The notes under the pieces: generated by a model
Told to the model about the DNA's origin: nothing
Database searches by the model: none
The model's input: only the letters and a program-made list of their open reading frames with translations
DNA from: Candidatus Taylorbacteria bacterium RIFCSPHIGHO2_12_FULL_45_16
GTDB taxonomy: Bacteria > Patescibacteriota > Minisyncoccia > Phycocordibacterales > PALSA-1337
Reading direction: 5' to 3'
DNA: 54,015 nt
Assembly (NCBI GenBank): GCA_001821055.1
Contig: MHRT01000010.1
Coordinates: forward strand, 1 to 54,015
Program-made: the position numbers and the translations under genes
Shown here: positions 10,290-20,520 of the stretch, in pieces
Position numbering within the stretch: the first letter of the stretch is position 1
Layout: each line of letters starts with the position of its first letter

Positions 10290-10979
10290 CTAGAAAACGA
10301 CCCTGATTCCAGTCTTTAGACCGAGCTTTTCCGCGACCCCGGCATTAACCTCAAGCACAAATTGGATTTCTGCCGGCGGGGCGAAGGTTTTTGGGTATGT
10401 CTTTTGGGAAACATCGGAATCTACTCCAATGATTTTTCTATCGCTGTTGATCCAGACAATATCTATGGGAAAATTCATGTCTTTCATCCAGAAATCCGGC
10501 GTCTGAGGAGTTGGAAATATAAAAAGCATACCTTGATCATCATCCAGCGCCTCATGTCCACTTAAACCACGTTGGCGCGTAGCCGGAGTCTTGGCCACAA
10601 TGGCGTAAATGATTCCTTTAGGAGTTTTGATCGGCATCAGAGAGGAAGTATTTTTCACGGCTAAGTCAGATTGGGTGTTTTTTGTGATTGTCTGAGTTGT
10701 CTTTGTTGACGAGGCGACATTTTTTGCAGAAGAAACTGTCGATTCACCCAACAACAATGAATCTAGAATAGTTGAAGACGCTAACCATGCCACCGAAGCT
10801 TGATTGTCTACGGGGCGCGAAATCTTGATGGTGGTTGAAGCGACATATTCCTGTAATGTCGGAACCGCGTCGACTGACATGCCTTTGCGTGCGACATACC
10901 AGAGTACGCCGATACCGATAATGATGGCACAAATTGTGATAATAAAGCGCATTGTAAAATTTACTCCTTGTGTTAGCAT
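10290..10979 (-). CDS. DUF192 family protein with N-terminal membrane anchor
   Basis: The C-terminal half GMLFIFP...DFWMKDMNFPIDIVWIN...IGV matches the DUF192 pattern. The N-terminal TM helix is followed by a Ser/Thr-rich linker. Confidence 0.6.
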   Translation of the reverse strand: MLTQGVNFTMRFIITICAIIIGIGVLWYVARKGMSVDAVPTLQEYVASTTIKISRPVDNQASVAWLASSTILDSLLLGESTVSSAKNVASSTKTTQTITKNTQSDLAVKNTSSLMPIKTPKGIIYAIVAKTPATRQRGLSGHEALDDDQGMLFIFPTPQTPDFWMKDMNFPIDIVWINSDRKIIGVDSDVSQKTYPKTFAPPAEIQFVLEVNAGVAEKLGLKTGIRVVF

Positions 10980-11010
10980 TCTAGCATATTAATCTAATTA
11001 TATTTAGCTT

Positions 11011-11418
11011 ATGGAAATCAATATTTGGTCTGTAGTCGTCGCGACGGTTGTCGCGTTTATCATAGGAGCGATCTGGTATTCGCCGATTCTTTTCGGCAAA
11101 GAATGGGCCAATCTCATCGGATATAATGACAAAGAGATAGACGAGACCAAAAGAAAAGGCATCGTCAAATTTTACATCATTCAGCTTGTCGTCACATTCA
11201 TAACATTCTGTATCCTCGGTTTCGCCATGAGCGCCATCGAAACACAAACCGCCAGTGATGGAGCTATTGTCGGGGTTCTGGCTTGGTTAGGTTTCATCTT
11301 CCCTATAAGCGTCGGAGTGGTTATCTGGGAACGACAACCGTTCAAACTGGTCCTCATAAACACCGTCAACATGCTTTTGAGTCTCGTGGTCGGCGGAGCA
11401 ATCATTGGCGCTTGGTAG
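11011..11418 (+). CDS. DUF1761 family membrane protein
   Basis: 135 aa with 4 hydrophobic segments. The N terminus VVATVVAFIIGAIWYSPILFGKEW is typical of DUF1761. Confidence 0.6.
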   Translation: MEINIWSVVVATVVAFIIGAIWYSPILFGKEWANLIGYNDKEIDETKRKGIVKFYIIQLVVTFITFCILGFAMSAIETQTASDGAIVGVLAWLGFIFPISVGVVIWERQPFKLVLINTVNMLLSLVVGGAIIGAW

Positions 11419-11466
11419 AAACGCATGGGATTATGAGTAGATTCGCCTGCACAACACGCGTATTGC

Positions 11467-12228
11467 TCATTTTTTGCTCTGAACATCCCTAGCCGCTTTG
11501 CGGTAAGCACAATAATCGCACTCCTTCACGACCGCTGGTGCTTTTTCATTCATCAAACATGCCCTGATGTCGGCCAACGCCTTGGGAATCCAACCGTCAT
11601 CTCCGGTATACGGAATAATGTCTATGTCAAACTCAAGTTTGGCATCAAAAGCTTCACGATCAGTCTTGCCGTTACAATAGACGAAGTAGCTTGTATGAGA
11701 AACTTTGAATCCGTTTTGCCTGAACAACCACTGATACACCTCCATCTGGCGCTTGTAGCCAATCTGCCACTCTTTGTCCAACGAAACTTTCTCTTCCTTG
11801 CTGGTTGATTTGTAGTCAACAACAATTATTTCGCCCTTACTCGTCACCCAGACATCATCTATAGCTCCAGTCACCAATAAATTACTTGACTCATGAATGT
11901 ACCTGATGCCTTTGAAATTGCTTCGCCAGATGTCCAGATCTTCATGCTGAAATGGCACCACATCTTTGAGTCCGTAAGCATGCATCAACGGATGAGGTCG
12001 CTTCTTGGCACGGTGAATGTCAAATTCTTTTTTGAGTAATGCGTCCACGGCGGAATTGAGTGTGAAAGGATACCCAGGCGGTCTGGCAACACCAAGCCGA
12101 CAATCCAGATAGAAGCAGAGTGGGCAATTCAAAAACAAATCAATCTTTGAACGACTGATCTTGAATGGTTCAGCGTTTTTTGGGTCAAAAATATTTCGGG
12201 TTCGGCGGGAATTGTAGTAGTCGGACAT
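11467..12228 (-). CDS. PD-(D/E)XK nuclease, Cas4/RecB-like with Cys cluster
   Basis: GAIDDVWV ... IVVDYKST core motifs, plus one N-terminal Cys (CPLCFYLDC) and C-terminal C-x-x-C (CDYCAY), as in Fe-S Cas4-type nucleases. Confidence 0.65.
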   Translation of the reverse strand: MSDYYNSRRTRNIFDPKNAEPFKISRSKIDLFLNCPLCFYLDCRLGVARPPGYPFTLNSAVDALLKKEFDIHRAKKRPHPLMHAYGLKDVVPFQHEDLDIWRSNFKGIRYIHESSNLLVTGAIDDVWVTSKGEIIVVDYKSTSKEEKVSLDKEWQIGYKRQMEVYQWLFRQNGFKVSHTSYFVYCNGKTDREAFDAKLEFDIDIIPYTGDDGWIPKALADIRACLMNEKAPAVVKECDYCAYRKAARDVQSKK

Positions 12229-12400
12229 GAATCAAGTTTACAGCGAAAAGAGCATCACTGCAAAGGTAAATGCTAGACATTTTTATTTATTGAAAATATT
12301 TTCTGAAAAAGGCAATCGTCGCTATGTCCCGATCTTTGAAATTTATCTAATCTATGCTTAGATGTTAGCAGATACCAGGCAACATTGACTCACATAACTT

Positions 12401-12856
12401 ATGCAAACAAATAACATCCATGGTCCGGACCCGAAAAATACATTTGCGCCTTACTTTTCTCCAGAATTGAAAAAAGCCTGCAAAAGAGATATGGAATTAG
12501 TTCTGGCACACTTTCCGAACCAAACAATCAGTGAATTGATTGTCGCGATCAGACGACGGGCCTGTGACGGAGCCTTCGCGGAAAGCGACTTGCTCGGCAC
12601 GATAGTCAAGATCAACGGATCGACAGGGAAGGATAACATCCTAAGAAAGCGCACGGAACTGTATCAATTAGTGGGACGCACACCGGGAAATCACAATCAT
12701 TTCCAATATTGGTTTTTTCAAGTTTCCGGAAGACCATCTCTCGGTACAAGAACGGCAAGTAGCCATTGCGTCTTTGGAGAGATTACCATTTCCTGGTGCC
12801 ATGAATTTCTTACGAAACGAATCCATCAAAAACTTGTATGGGTTCCGGAAATATGA
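12401..12856 (+). CDS. Hypothetical protein (uncertain; competing overlapping ORFs)
   Basis: Only the first ~90 aa look protein-like. ORFs 12774..13136(+) and 12668..13000(-) overlap it, so it may be a frameshifted or decaying gene. Confidence 0.3.
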   Translation: MQTNNIHGPDPKNTFAPYFSPELKKACKRDMELVLAHFPNQTISELIVAIRRRACDGAFAESDLLGTIVKINGSTGKDNILRKRTELYQLVGRTPGNHNHFQYWFFQVSGRPSLGTRTASSHCVFGEITISWCHEFLTKRIHQKLVWVPEI

Positions 12857-13003
12857 AAACACGACCCACTTTTTTTGGTATTCTGGGCGCTCCGTCTTTC
12901 GTTGGGCGCTTTTTATTTGCACATATAACAAAAAGCCGGTTCCGAATCTCGTACCAATCAGAGTTTCCCGCCAACTACCGTCAAGAAGATTGGGCGACAA
13001 ATC

Positions 13004-13741
13004 TTATGGTCTTTCGGTCACAATCACATTCTTGATAATCATATTCTCAGTCGGCTTGTCTCCCGGGCCGACTAGAGAAGTAGCAATAGCGTCAACGGTT
13101 TCCATCCCCTTCACAACTTTTCCGAATATCGTGTAGTTATGCGGCAGAGGCGTATCCTTGTGCATAATGAAAAACTGACTGCCATTTGTATTCGGTCCGG
13201 CATTGGCCATAGCCACGATGCCGCGGACATATCCAGCCTTGTATGACTCGGTGTTTGGGTTCAATTCATCGGCAAATTTATATCCCGGGCCACCCATACC
13301 ATTGCCGCTCGGATCGCCACCCTGGATCATAAAGCCTTCAATCACGCGATGAAAGATGAGGTTATCATAGAAACCCTTACTGGCGAGAGTAATGAAATTT
13401 TCTACGGTCTTCGGCGCGTCGGCATCATAGGTCTCAAAGACAATCGTTCCTTTATTCGTCTCAAGTGTGATGATATGCATAAGATTTTTGGTTAATGTTG
13501 TTGATGAATTATTGGTTGTGGTCTGATTATTTGCCAAATCCGGTGAATCGGTCACTGGACTGGTAGAAATCGACGATGTTTCATCAGTCGAAGTTTCGGC
13601 TGAATCTGTCGGCACTTTGGTCAGCCACCAGTGCAGGCCGGCAGCAACGATCAATATTGCGATAATGACGATCAGCCACGGAAATTTTCTTTCTTGGACA
13701 TTTTCCATACGAAATTTTTGATTAATAAGATTAAGATGCAC
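13004..13741 (-). CDS. Cyclophilin-type peptidyl-prolyl isomerase, membrane-anchored
   Basis: FHRVIEGFMIQGGDP and GIVAMANAGPNTNGSQFFI motifs. N-terminal TM helix plus a Ser/Thr-rich linker. Confidence 0.9.
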   Translation of the reverse strand: MHLNLINQKFRMENVQERKFPWLIVIIAILIVAAGLHWWLTKVPTDSAETSTDETSSISTSPVTDSPDLANNQTTTNNSSTTLTKNLMHIITLETNKGTIVFETYDADAPKTVENFITLASKGFYDNLIFHRVIEGFMIQGGDPSGNGMGGPGYKFADELNPNTESYKAGYVRGIVAMANAGPNTNGSQFFIMHKDTPLPHNYTIFGKVVKGMETVDAIATSLVGPGDKPTENMIIKNVIVTERP

Positions 13742-13756
13742 TTAAAAAATAAGGCG

Positions 13757-14776
13757 TCATAGATTATACAACTCTTTGGCCTTTTCAACCACCAATTTTT
13801 TTGCGTCAGTCATTGACATTTTGAGTACAGCCGCGGCGGCGGCTCGATGTCCTCCGCCCCCAAGCACGGCGGCCAATCTTGAAACATCAAATATATCCTT
13901 GTCGCGAGTGCGTAAACTAACCTTAATCTCGTGCGGTTGACGTTCGATCAATGAAATTCCGACATTCCATCCGACGACCGATTTGAGGATGTCCGAAATA
14001 CTTATCCCACGAATACATTCTTCGGGTATTTTTTTGTCGACAAGATTTCTATACGAAACCGTGGCAATAGCAATATTATCCTCCAGAAAAGTTTCAATCG
14101 AACTCAATGCCATTGCCTGGAAATATAATGCCTCTTTAGTACGACTATTCTCCATTGAAAATATTACTTCAGTAAAATTAGGGGCCAGTCTGGCTAACTC
14201 GGCGGCCGCGCCAATGACACGATAATCAGTTGGAGCATATTTGAATCCTCCAGTATCCGTATATATCCCCATAAATAGGTTAACGGCCATATCGTAAGTA
14301 ATCGAAACATCCCACATATCAAACAGTTGGAACAAAATGAACGCCGCTGCCGGCGCTGAGACGTCGACAAGATTTATGTCTCCATACTGATCGTTTGTGG
14401 CATGATGATCGATCACAATCGTCTCAATCGGCATGGGAAGATTCGGGGGATGTTCTTGAGAAATCATATTCAGTGAACCGCTGTCGATGCTTATGAAAAG
14501 ATCGAAATCCTTAAGATCAACCTCCGAAAATTTTTTCTTGACAATACCCAAAACTCCCGGAAAATGTTGGAAAGCTCGTGGAATAGCCGAATCGCCTTGT
14601 ATAACAGTCGCTTTTTTACCCATCTGTTCAAGCGCAAATTTCATCGCCATGGCTGATCCTGTACTATCAGGATCCGGTAGTGGATGACAGTGCAAAAGGA
14701 CAGACGTCGCCTTTTTGATTTCAGCCAAAATAAGAGGCGCTTTTTCTTTTGTAATAGGGGAAATGTCGGCGTTCAT
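13757..14776 (-). CDS. DHH/DHHA1 phosphoesterase (NrnA-like)
   Basis: Motifs DPDSTGS, IDSG, VIDHH and GGGGH in canonical order. 339 aa. Confidence 0.8.
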   Translation of the reverse strand: MNADISPITKEKAPLILAEIKKATSVLLHCHPLPDPDSTGSAMAMKFALEQMGKKATVIQGDSAIPRAFQHFPGVLGIVKKKFSEVDLKDFDLFISIDSGSLNMISQEHPPNLPMPIETIVIDHHATNDQYGDINLVDVSAPAAAFILFQLFDMWDVSITYDMAVNLFMGIYTDTGGFKYAPTDYRVIGAAAELARLAPNFTEVIFSMENSRTKEALYFQAMALSSIETFLEDNIAIATVSYRNLVDKKIPEECIRGISISDILKSVVGWNVGISLIERQPHEIKVSLRTRDKDIFDVSRLAAVLGGGGHRAAAAAVLKMSMTDAKKLVVEKAKELYNL

Positions 14777-14791
14777 GGAGTTATGACTATA

Positions 14792-15532
14792 TCATATTTT
14801 TGCCATATTCAAATACTTCTGCCTTTGTCGCGTATCAAACTTCTCTATAGCATATCGCAACATCGTCCTTGGCATGACCATGGCATATTTTTGCAAAAAA
14901 CCAATTAAAACTTTCTTGTCCCGCTTCCCCACTTCACGGAGCATCCAGCCCGCGGCTTTATGGATCAAGTCGTGTTCATCTTGCAAGATGATTTTGGTGA
15001 TTTTGATGGATTTTCTGAAATCGTCTCTGGCGATAAAGTAAAATGTTGAAACGATGGCAATGCGTCGTTCCCAAAGATTGTCAGAATGTGCCAGTTTATA
15101 TAAAATTGCCGGGCTTTTTTTGAATTCAGCTAAATAAGCGCCGAGAATGTACGGGGCTGAGGCATCAACCAGATCCCAGTTATTTATATACTTTGTATGA
15201 GAAAGGTAAAAGTCAATGATTCCATCACATAGAATTTTATTATCGTTTTTCAGAGCTTCTTCAAATCGGTCAACCAAAATTTCCAGAGCCGTAAAACGAC
15301 ATTCATGAATGGGTTCTTTGAGAAGACGGCCAATTTCTTTCAATTGAATCCGCTTGAATCTATGAGCAATCCTTCTCTGCGTCGGCACCATAATACCCAA
15401 AAAAGAATCTCCCTCGCCATATTGACCCTTTCCGGTTTTGAAAAAACCGGCCAGTAGTTTGGCCTTGACTGGATTGGCATGTCTCAGTAATTCTCGTCTG
15501 ATCGAGTGAGCAGTCGGTACATAAGAGCCCAT
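14792..15532 (-). CDS. DNA alkylation repair protein (AlkD-like HEAT-repeat)
   Basis: 246-aa all-helical repeat protein. NNWDLVD and LWERRIAIVSTFYFI resemble the AlkD/PF08713 family. Confidence 0.65.
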   Translation of the reverse strand: MGSYVPTAHSIRRELLRHANPVKAKLLAGFFKTGKGQYGEGDSFLGIMVPTQRRIAHRFKRIQLKEIGRLLKEPIHECRFTALEILVDRFEEALKNDNKILCDGIIDFYLSHTKYINNWDLVDASAPYILGAYLAEFKKSPAILYKLAHSDNLWERRIAIVSTFYFIARDDFRKSIKITKIILQDEHDLIHKAAGWMLREVGKRDKKVLIGFLQKYAMVMPRTMLRYAIEKFDTRQRQKYLNMAKI

Positions 15533-15687
15533 TTTTATAAAAATTTTAACTATTCACGTACCACAAAAAGCTCAAAAACAGAGCAACGACAATAAGTAAT
15601 AATAGAAAATTATTGGCTCGCATATAGTAAATAATACCATAAAAGAGAGTTAGCGCGTGCCAAAAAATATGTTATAGTTTACGAATC

Positions 15688-17097
15688 ATGAACCGCACCT
15701 ATATCCGCGACCTCAAAGACCACATAGGCAAAGAAATCAGCATTTCCGGCTGGGTAGACATCCGTCGCGATCATGGCAAACTTATTTTTATTGACATCCG
15801 AGATATGACGGGAAAAGTTCAGACAGTCGCTCTGCCAAATAATATAGGGGCCCACGAAGCTGCCGGCAAAGTTCGTCCAGAATGGGTCGTGCACGCCACT
15901 GGTATGGTCAACAAAAGACCAGATAAAATGATCTCCAAGAATAAGGAAACTGGTGAAATCGAGCCAAATGGCGAGATTGAACTGGAATTGAAAAAATTGG
16001 AAATATTGAATGAAGCCGAAACGCCTCCATTTGATGTTCGTAGTGAAGGATTGGATATCAGCGAAGAAGTTCGTCTAAAGTATCGCTACTTGGATTTGCG
16101 CCGTCCAAGAATGCAAAATAACATCCGCAATCGTGACAAGATAATTTCCTTCTTCAGAGATTATATGCACAAAAACAATTTCGTGGAGATCGAAACGCCA
16201 ATCATGATGAGAGGCACGCCCGAAGGTTCGCGCGAATACGTCATTCCGTCCCGATTGGAGAATGGTAAATTTTACGTACTTCCGCAATCGCCCCAGCAGT
16301 TCAAACAGCTTTCCATGGTCGCCGGTTTTGAAAAATATTTCCAGATTGCCCGATGTTTCCGCGACGAAGACACCCGCGGCGACCGCCAGCCGGAATTCAC
16401 CCAATTGGATTATGAAATGTCGTTCGTGACACAAGAAGATGTCCTGAAGTACACTGAGACCATGTTCATAAATCTGATCAGGACTTTGTATCCCGGAAAA
16501 TCCATCACGACGATACCGTTTCCGCGGTTGACGCATGGAGAGTGTCTGAAAAAGTACGGGTCCGACAAACCAGATATGCGCAAGGACAAAAGCAATCTAA
16601 ATGAGCTCGCCTTTGCCTGGGTCACTGACTTTCCGATGTTTGAAAAGAACGAAGACGGGACTTTGGCCGCAGCCCATCATCCATTCTGTTCCATCAAAGA
16701 AGAGGACGTGGAAAAATTCATGTCCGGTAAGGATCTACTATCGATTCGCGCCAATTCGTATGATCTTGTACTAAATGGATATGAATTGAGCTCTGGCAGT
16801 ATCCGTATTCACAAAGCTGAAATGCAAAAAAAGGTTTTTGAATATCTAGGGATTTCCCCTGAGGAACAAATAACCAAGTTCGGCCATATGCTTGAGGCGT
16901 TCAGATATGGTACGCCTCCTCACGGCGGATTTGCCCCGGGTATCGATCGTATCGTCATGATATTGCAAAACGAGCCGAACATCCGTGAAGTCATCGCTTT
17001 TGCCAAAACCGGTGAAGGCAAAGACTTGATGATGGGGGCACCGAGCGATGTCTCCGAAAAACAACTCAGGGAATTGGGATTGGTAGAAAAAAAATAA
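15688..17097 (+). CDS. aspS: Aspartyl-tRNA synthetase, bacterial-type core lacking the GAD insertion domain
   Basis: OB-fold N terminus, QSPQQFKQL, motif 2 FRDEDTRGDRQPEFTQLD, HHPF, and motif 3 GFAPGIDR. Only 469 aa. Confidence 0.9.
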   Translation: MNRTYIRDLKDHIGKEISISGWVDIRRDHGKLIFIDIRDMTGKVQTVALPNNIGAHEAAGKVRPEWVVHATGMVNKRPDKMISKNKETGEIEPNGEIELELKKLEILNEAETPPFDVRSEGLDISEEVRLKYRYLDLRRPRMQNNIRNRDKIISFFRDYMHKNNFVEIETPIMMRGTPEGSREYVIPSRLENGKFYVLPQSPQQFKQLSMVAGFEKYFQIARCFRDEDTRGDRQPEFTQLDYEMSFVTQEDVLKYTETMFINLIRTLYPGKSITTIPFPRLTHGECLKKYGSDKPDMRKDKSNLNELAFAWVTDFPMFEKNEDGTLAAAHHPFCSIKEEDVEKFMSGKDLLSIRANSYDLVLNGYELSSGSIRIHKAEMQKKVFEYLGISPEEQITKFGHMLEAFRYGTPPHGGFAPGIDRIVMILQNEPNIREVIAFAKTGEGKDLMMGAPSDVSEKQLRELGLVEKK

Positions 17098-17152
17098 AAA
17101 AGCCGCGAGTCGGCGCGGCGCAAAGTTTCTTGTCTTGCTTGAAAGATGATGT

Positions 17153-17599
17153 TCAGCGTCGTCCAATATACGCCTGTATTTGCGTCAACCTCGCAAGAAA
17201 ATCTTGACCTACGGTTCGGTCTAGATTGCCCAAAAAATCATAGGGTAAAGAAATAGCAATCATCTCCGCGTAACCATCGCCCACATTTTTGGCAGCGTAG
17301 ACATCATATGGGAATATTGTCGTCACACGACTGGACCCAGACATTGTGTGTCTGTTCAACACACCATGCCTGTCGATCTTATTCAATTGAAGATTTCCAC
17401 TGACCAAAGTAAAAATAAGCGTGGAGCATTGTACGCGCGGATTGATCTCATTGACCAATAACGCGTAAACACCAATCGAATAGTCAGGCGGATGGTGAAG
17501 TTTGATGATGACGAGGTCTCCCACCGCACTTTTGGGATAAACTCTTACCCCACCTCTATGTTTACGCCAAAATTCCAATACTGCTTCAGTTTCTATCAT
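17153..17599 (-). CDS. Hypothetical protein
   Basis: 148-aa ORF with ordinary composition. No family recognised by eye. Confidence 0.4.
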   Translation of the reverse strand: MIETEAVLEFWRKHRGGVRVYPKSAVGDLVIIKLHHPPDYSIGVYALLVNEINPRVQCSTLIFTLVSGNLQLNKIDRHGVLNRHTMSGSSRVTTIFPYDVYAAKNVGDGYAEMIAISLPYDFLGNLDRTVGQDFLARLTQIQAYIGRR

Positions 17600-17926
17600 A
17601 GAACGGTTTTCCTTTCATCCAAGTCAAAGACTACATCAAACTCTAGATAAGTCAAACTTTCTCGTCAGCGATGGTAGACCTCGTTATTTTATCGTCGACG
17701 CTTTTTGCCCGCTCTTCGCGCACGCTTTGCCGCGAGACGCTTCCTCGTCTTTCTTGATCGTGAAGCTTTCTTTTGCACTGATGCTCTTTTTGCCATTGGA
17801 GTGTTGAGCTTGGAGTTACTGCTACCAAAATTGCTCGACCAATGCTCATTATAGAACATGTGTGTGTAATAGCGAGAATAATTTTCACAAAACTGTGTAT
17901 AACCTTTATATGTTATTATACTAGTC

Positions 17927-18625
17927 ATGAAGACCGCCCTCATCACCGGCATCAGTCGTGGCATTGGCAAAGCTTTGGCTGAAAAATTTTTGACTGAAGG
18001 TCATGTCGTAATCGGAACTTCTCTCTCAGGAACTGTTGATTTTTCTCATGAAAAACTGACAGTGCATCAACTTGACTTAACTTCTTCTCAATCAATACGG
18101 GTCTGCACGGAAGCAATCAAAAAATCCGACACCAAAATAGATATCCTCGTCAATAACGCCGGCGCTCTTTTTGATGAAGAAGAAACGAATGTCATCATTG
18201 ACAAATTACGTCAAACGCTTGAGGTCAATCTTATCGGCACGATTGATTTTACCGAGCACATCATCCATGCCATAAACAAAGATGGGCACATCGTAAATGT
18301 GTCTTCGTCAGCCGGATCACTCGGCGGGAAATCTTTGACGGAAATTGAATTTGCTAAATCATCCCATTTTCCTTTCCACTATCCAGCCTACAAGATTTCA
18401 AAAGCGGCGCTCAATATGTATACGCGGACTTTGGCGGCACGGTTCATAAACGAAAAAACGCCCGTTGTAGTATCCTCAGTCCACCCCGGCTGGGTCAAGA
18501 CCAGCATGGGCGGAGATGGCGCACCGATGCTTCCAGTCGAAGCAGCCGAAGACATTTATAGACTCGCCATTTCACAACCCGAAACCGGGCAGTTCTGGTT
18601 CAAGGGAGAAAAGCATCCGTGGTAG
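17927..18625 (+). CDS. Short-chain dehydrogenase/reductase (SDR)
   Basis: TGISRGIGKA (TGxxxGxG), NNAG, and the catalytic YKISK. Confidence 0.85.
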   Translation: MKTALITGISRGIGKALAEKFLTEGHVVIGTSLSGTVDFSHEKLTVHQLDLTSSQSIRVCTEAIKKSDTKIDILVNNAGALFDEEETNVIIDKLRQTLEVNLIGTIDFTEHIIHAINKDGHIVNVSSSAGSLGGKSLTEIEFAKSSHFPFHYPAYKISKAALNMYTRTLAARFINEKTPVVVSSVHPGWVKTSMGGDGAPMLPVEAAEDIYRLAISQPETGQFWFKGEKHPW

Positions 18626-18634
18626 CATCAGTAT

Positions 18635-18988
18635 TTACCGACTTTGCAACGAAACATCAACTACATTGTCCTTAAGCGACCTGTGAGTAAAACGTCGCGC
18701 ACCAATAAGTATCATGAGCGACCCGATGATATAAAGTATATAGAAAAGCACCTGTAGAGGAAGGCCATAGAAGATCAGTTCAAAGCCAAGCTTGGCTTCG
18801 TAAGAGATGAAGGCCGCCATCAAAACGCCGATCGCAATTATGAACATGCCCGCGGCAATCCATTTGAGAGGGCGCTGGAGAAGGTTTAGGCGATCAAACA
18901 CCCCGGCAGAAATATAGAAGTATGAAGCTGAAACGACGCCGATAATCACTGACGCAAAAATGAAAATGAGTTCGTATTGGTTGGACAT
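18635..18988 (-). CDS. Small membrane protein (4 TM), unknown function
   Basis: 117 aa with four hydrophobic segments. Confidence 0.5.
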   Translation of the reverse strand: MSNQYELIFIFASVIIGVVSASYFYISAGVFDRLNLLQRPLKWIAAGMFIIAIGVLMAAFISYEAKLGFELIFYGLPLQVLFYILYIIGSLMILIGARRFTHRSLKDNVVDVSLQSR

Positions 18989-19057
18989 GGAAATATTATT
19001 TTATAGACTTATTTTAGCACTTGTGCCAAAAAACACAAAACAGACCCAGCTAACGCG

Positions 19058-20341
19058 CTACACGAAAGTCAGCGCCTGACCTTTCTTGCCGGCACGGCCG
19101 GTACGACCAATACGATGGACATAATCTTCATAGGTCGCTGGGACATCATAATTGATGACATGGGTTATGCCGGAAATATCCAAACCGCGAGCCGCCACAT
19201 CGGTCGCCACCAGGACCTTCACTTTATGATCTTTGAATGATTTGAGAGCACGCACGCGTTGACTTTGACTTTTGTTTCCATGAATAGCTTCGGAGATGAT
19301 TCCACGACGAGAAAGGTCTTCGGCAAGCCTCTGCACGCCATGTTTGGTCTTGCCAAAAATGAGAACTTTGGTGAATCCCGGCTGGCCGAGCAGTTCTTGC
19401 AAAACATCAAGCTTGTTCTTGCCAAGAGGAACACGGACTATATCTTGATCGACGCCTTGAGCCGTATCGCCGGTCTTGACTGAAATCATGACCGGATCAG
19501 TTAGAAATTGTTTGATGAGGACTTCAATCTCACGAGATATGGTCGCGGAAAAGAAAAGCGTATGGCGCTGTTTGGCCATGGCGCCAACCATGAATTTGAC
19601 GTCATTGATGAATCCCATGTCGAGCATGCGGTCGGCTTCGTCGATCACCACGGTCGAATATTCATTCAAACGAATTTTGTTACGCTCAATCAGATCACGC
19701 AAGCGTCCAGGCGTACCGATAAGAAAATTGAAAGGGCGAGCCAGCGCCTTCATTTGCGACACAATGCTTGCGCCACCGACACAACAGACGGCCCACATGG
19801 CCAGATGTTTCGCGAAGCCCACAAATTCCTGTTCAATCTGTTGGGCAAGTTCGCGAGTCGGCACGATAATCAGTATTTTTTCTTTTTGATTCAGTAAAAC
19901 TTTATTGATAAGCGGAATAAGGAACGCAGCCGTTTTACCGGTACCGGTGTTCGCTATGCCGACTAGGTCAGCCCCGCGAATTATGTGCGGGATGGCTTTG
20001 TCCTGAATAGGGGTTGGCACAAAATATCCCTTGGTGGCGATATTTGTTTTGAGACGTGTATCCACCTGAAAATCGGTAAAAGTATGATCCGGCACAAAGT
20101 GTTCTGTCTTTTCCGTGATCACGGCCTTATTGATGAATTTGGAGACGTCAATATGCTTGGCAAATCCGCCTCCCGGTCCGCGACCGCCTCCTCTACCGCC
20201 ACGACTTCCACCACTGTTACCACGAAAACCGCCCCGTGAGCCACCAACATGAGAAGTTCCATGACGACCGGCCGGTTTACGGTAATTGAATTGTCTGGAG
20301 ACACTGCTATGGCTTCCGCCCCTAAAATGCTTTTGATACAT
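19058..20341 (-). CDS. DEAD-box RNA helicase with N-terminal RGG-rich tail
   Basis: Q-motif region, ANTGTGKTAAF, VIDEADRML, FSAT and HRIGRTGRAG. The N-terminal low-complexity stretch is GGSRGGFRGNSGGSRGGRGGGRG. Confidence 0.9.
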   Translation of the reverse strand: MYQKHFRGGSHSSVSRQFNYRKPAGRHGTSHVGGSRGGFRGNSGGSRGGRGGGRGPGGGFAKHIDVSKFINKAVITEKTEHFVPDHTFTDFQVDTRLKTNIATKGYFVPTPIQDKAIPHIIRGADLVGIANTGTGKTAAFLIPLINKVLLNQKEKILIIVPTRELAQQIEQEFVGFAKHLAMWAVCCVGGASIVSQMKALARPFNFLIGTPGRLRDLIERNKIRLNEYSTVVIDEADRMLDMGFINDVKFMVGAMAKQRHTLFFSATISREIEVLIKQFLTDPVMISVKTGDTAQGVDQDIVRVPLGKNKLDVLQELLGQPGFTKVLIFGKTKHGVQRLAEDLSRRGIISEAIHGNKSQSQRVRALKSFKDHKVKVLVATDVAARGLDISGITHVINYDVPATYEDYVHRIGRTGRAGKKGQALTFV

Positions 20342-20520
20342 GACTTATTGTCTATACGACGGCCCAATGGGCATTATCCCATCAGAAGGCCTATAGATTT
20401 CAAAGGCGAACAATGAGAGTTAATAGATAAACACTATATACTATTTGATGAAATAAGTCAATTTTTTTGCGGATTTAGTCTATAAAAATTTGGAGGTGCC
20501 AGCTCGACAATATAGATGAT

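Noticed and set aside
12668-13136. Overlapping ORFs 12668..13000(-), 12774..13136(+) and 12838..13035(+), competing with 12401..12856(+).
   Set aside because: None shows a recognisable motif and they are mutually exclusive. Only the 5' half of 12401..12856 looks protein-like. The region is treated as one uncertain, possibly decayed locus.
17652-17970. Arg/Lys-rich small ORFs (17689..17970 and 17652..17888, minus strand) upstream of the SDR gene. An internal MAKRASVQKKASRSRKTRKRLAAKRARRAGKKRRR peptide looks like a small basic protein.
   Set aside because: The long version overlaps the SDR start, and the sequence does not match any ribosomal or other basic-protein family I recognise. Without homologs it is too weak to call.
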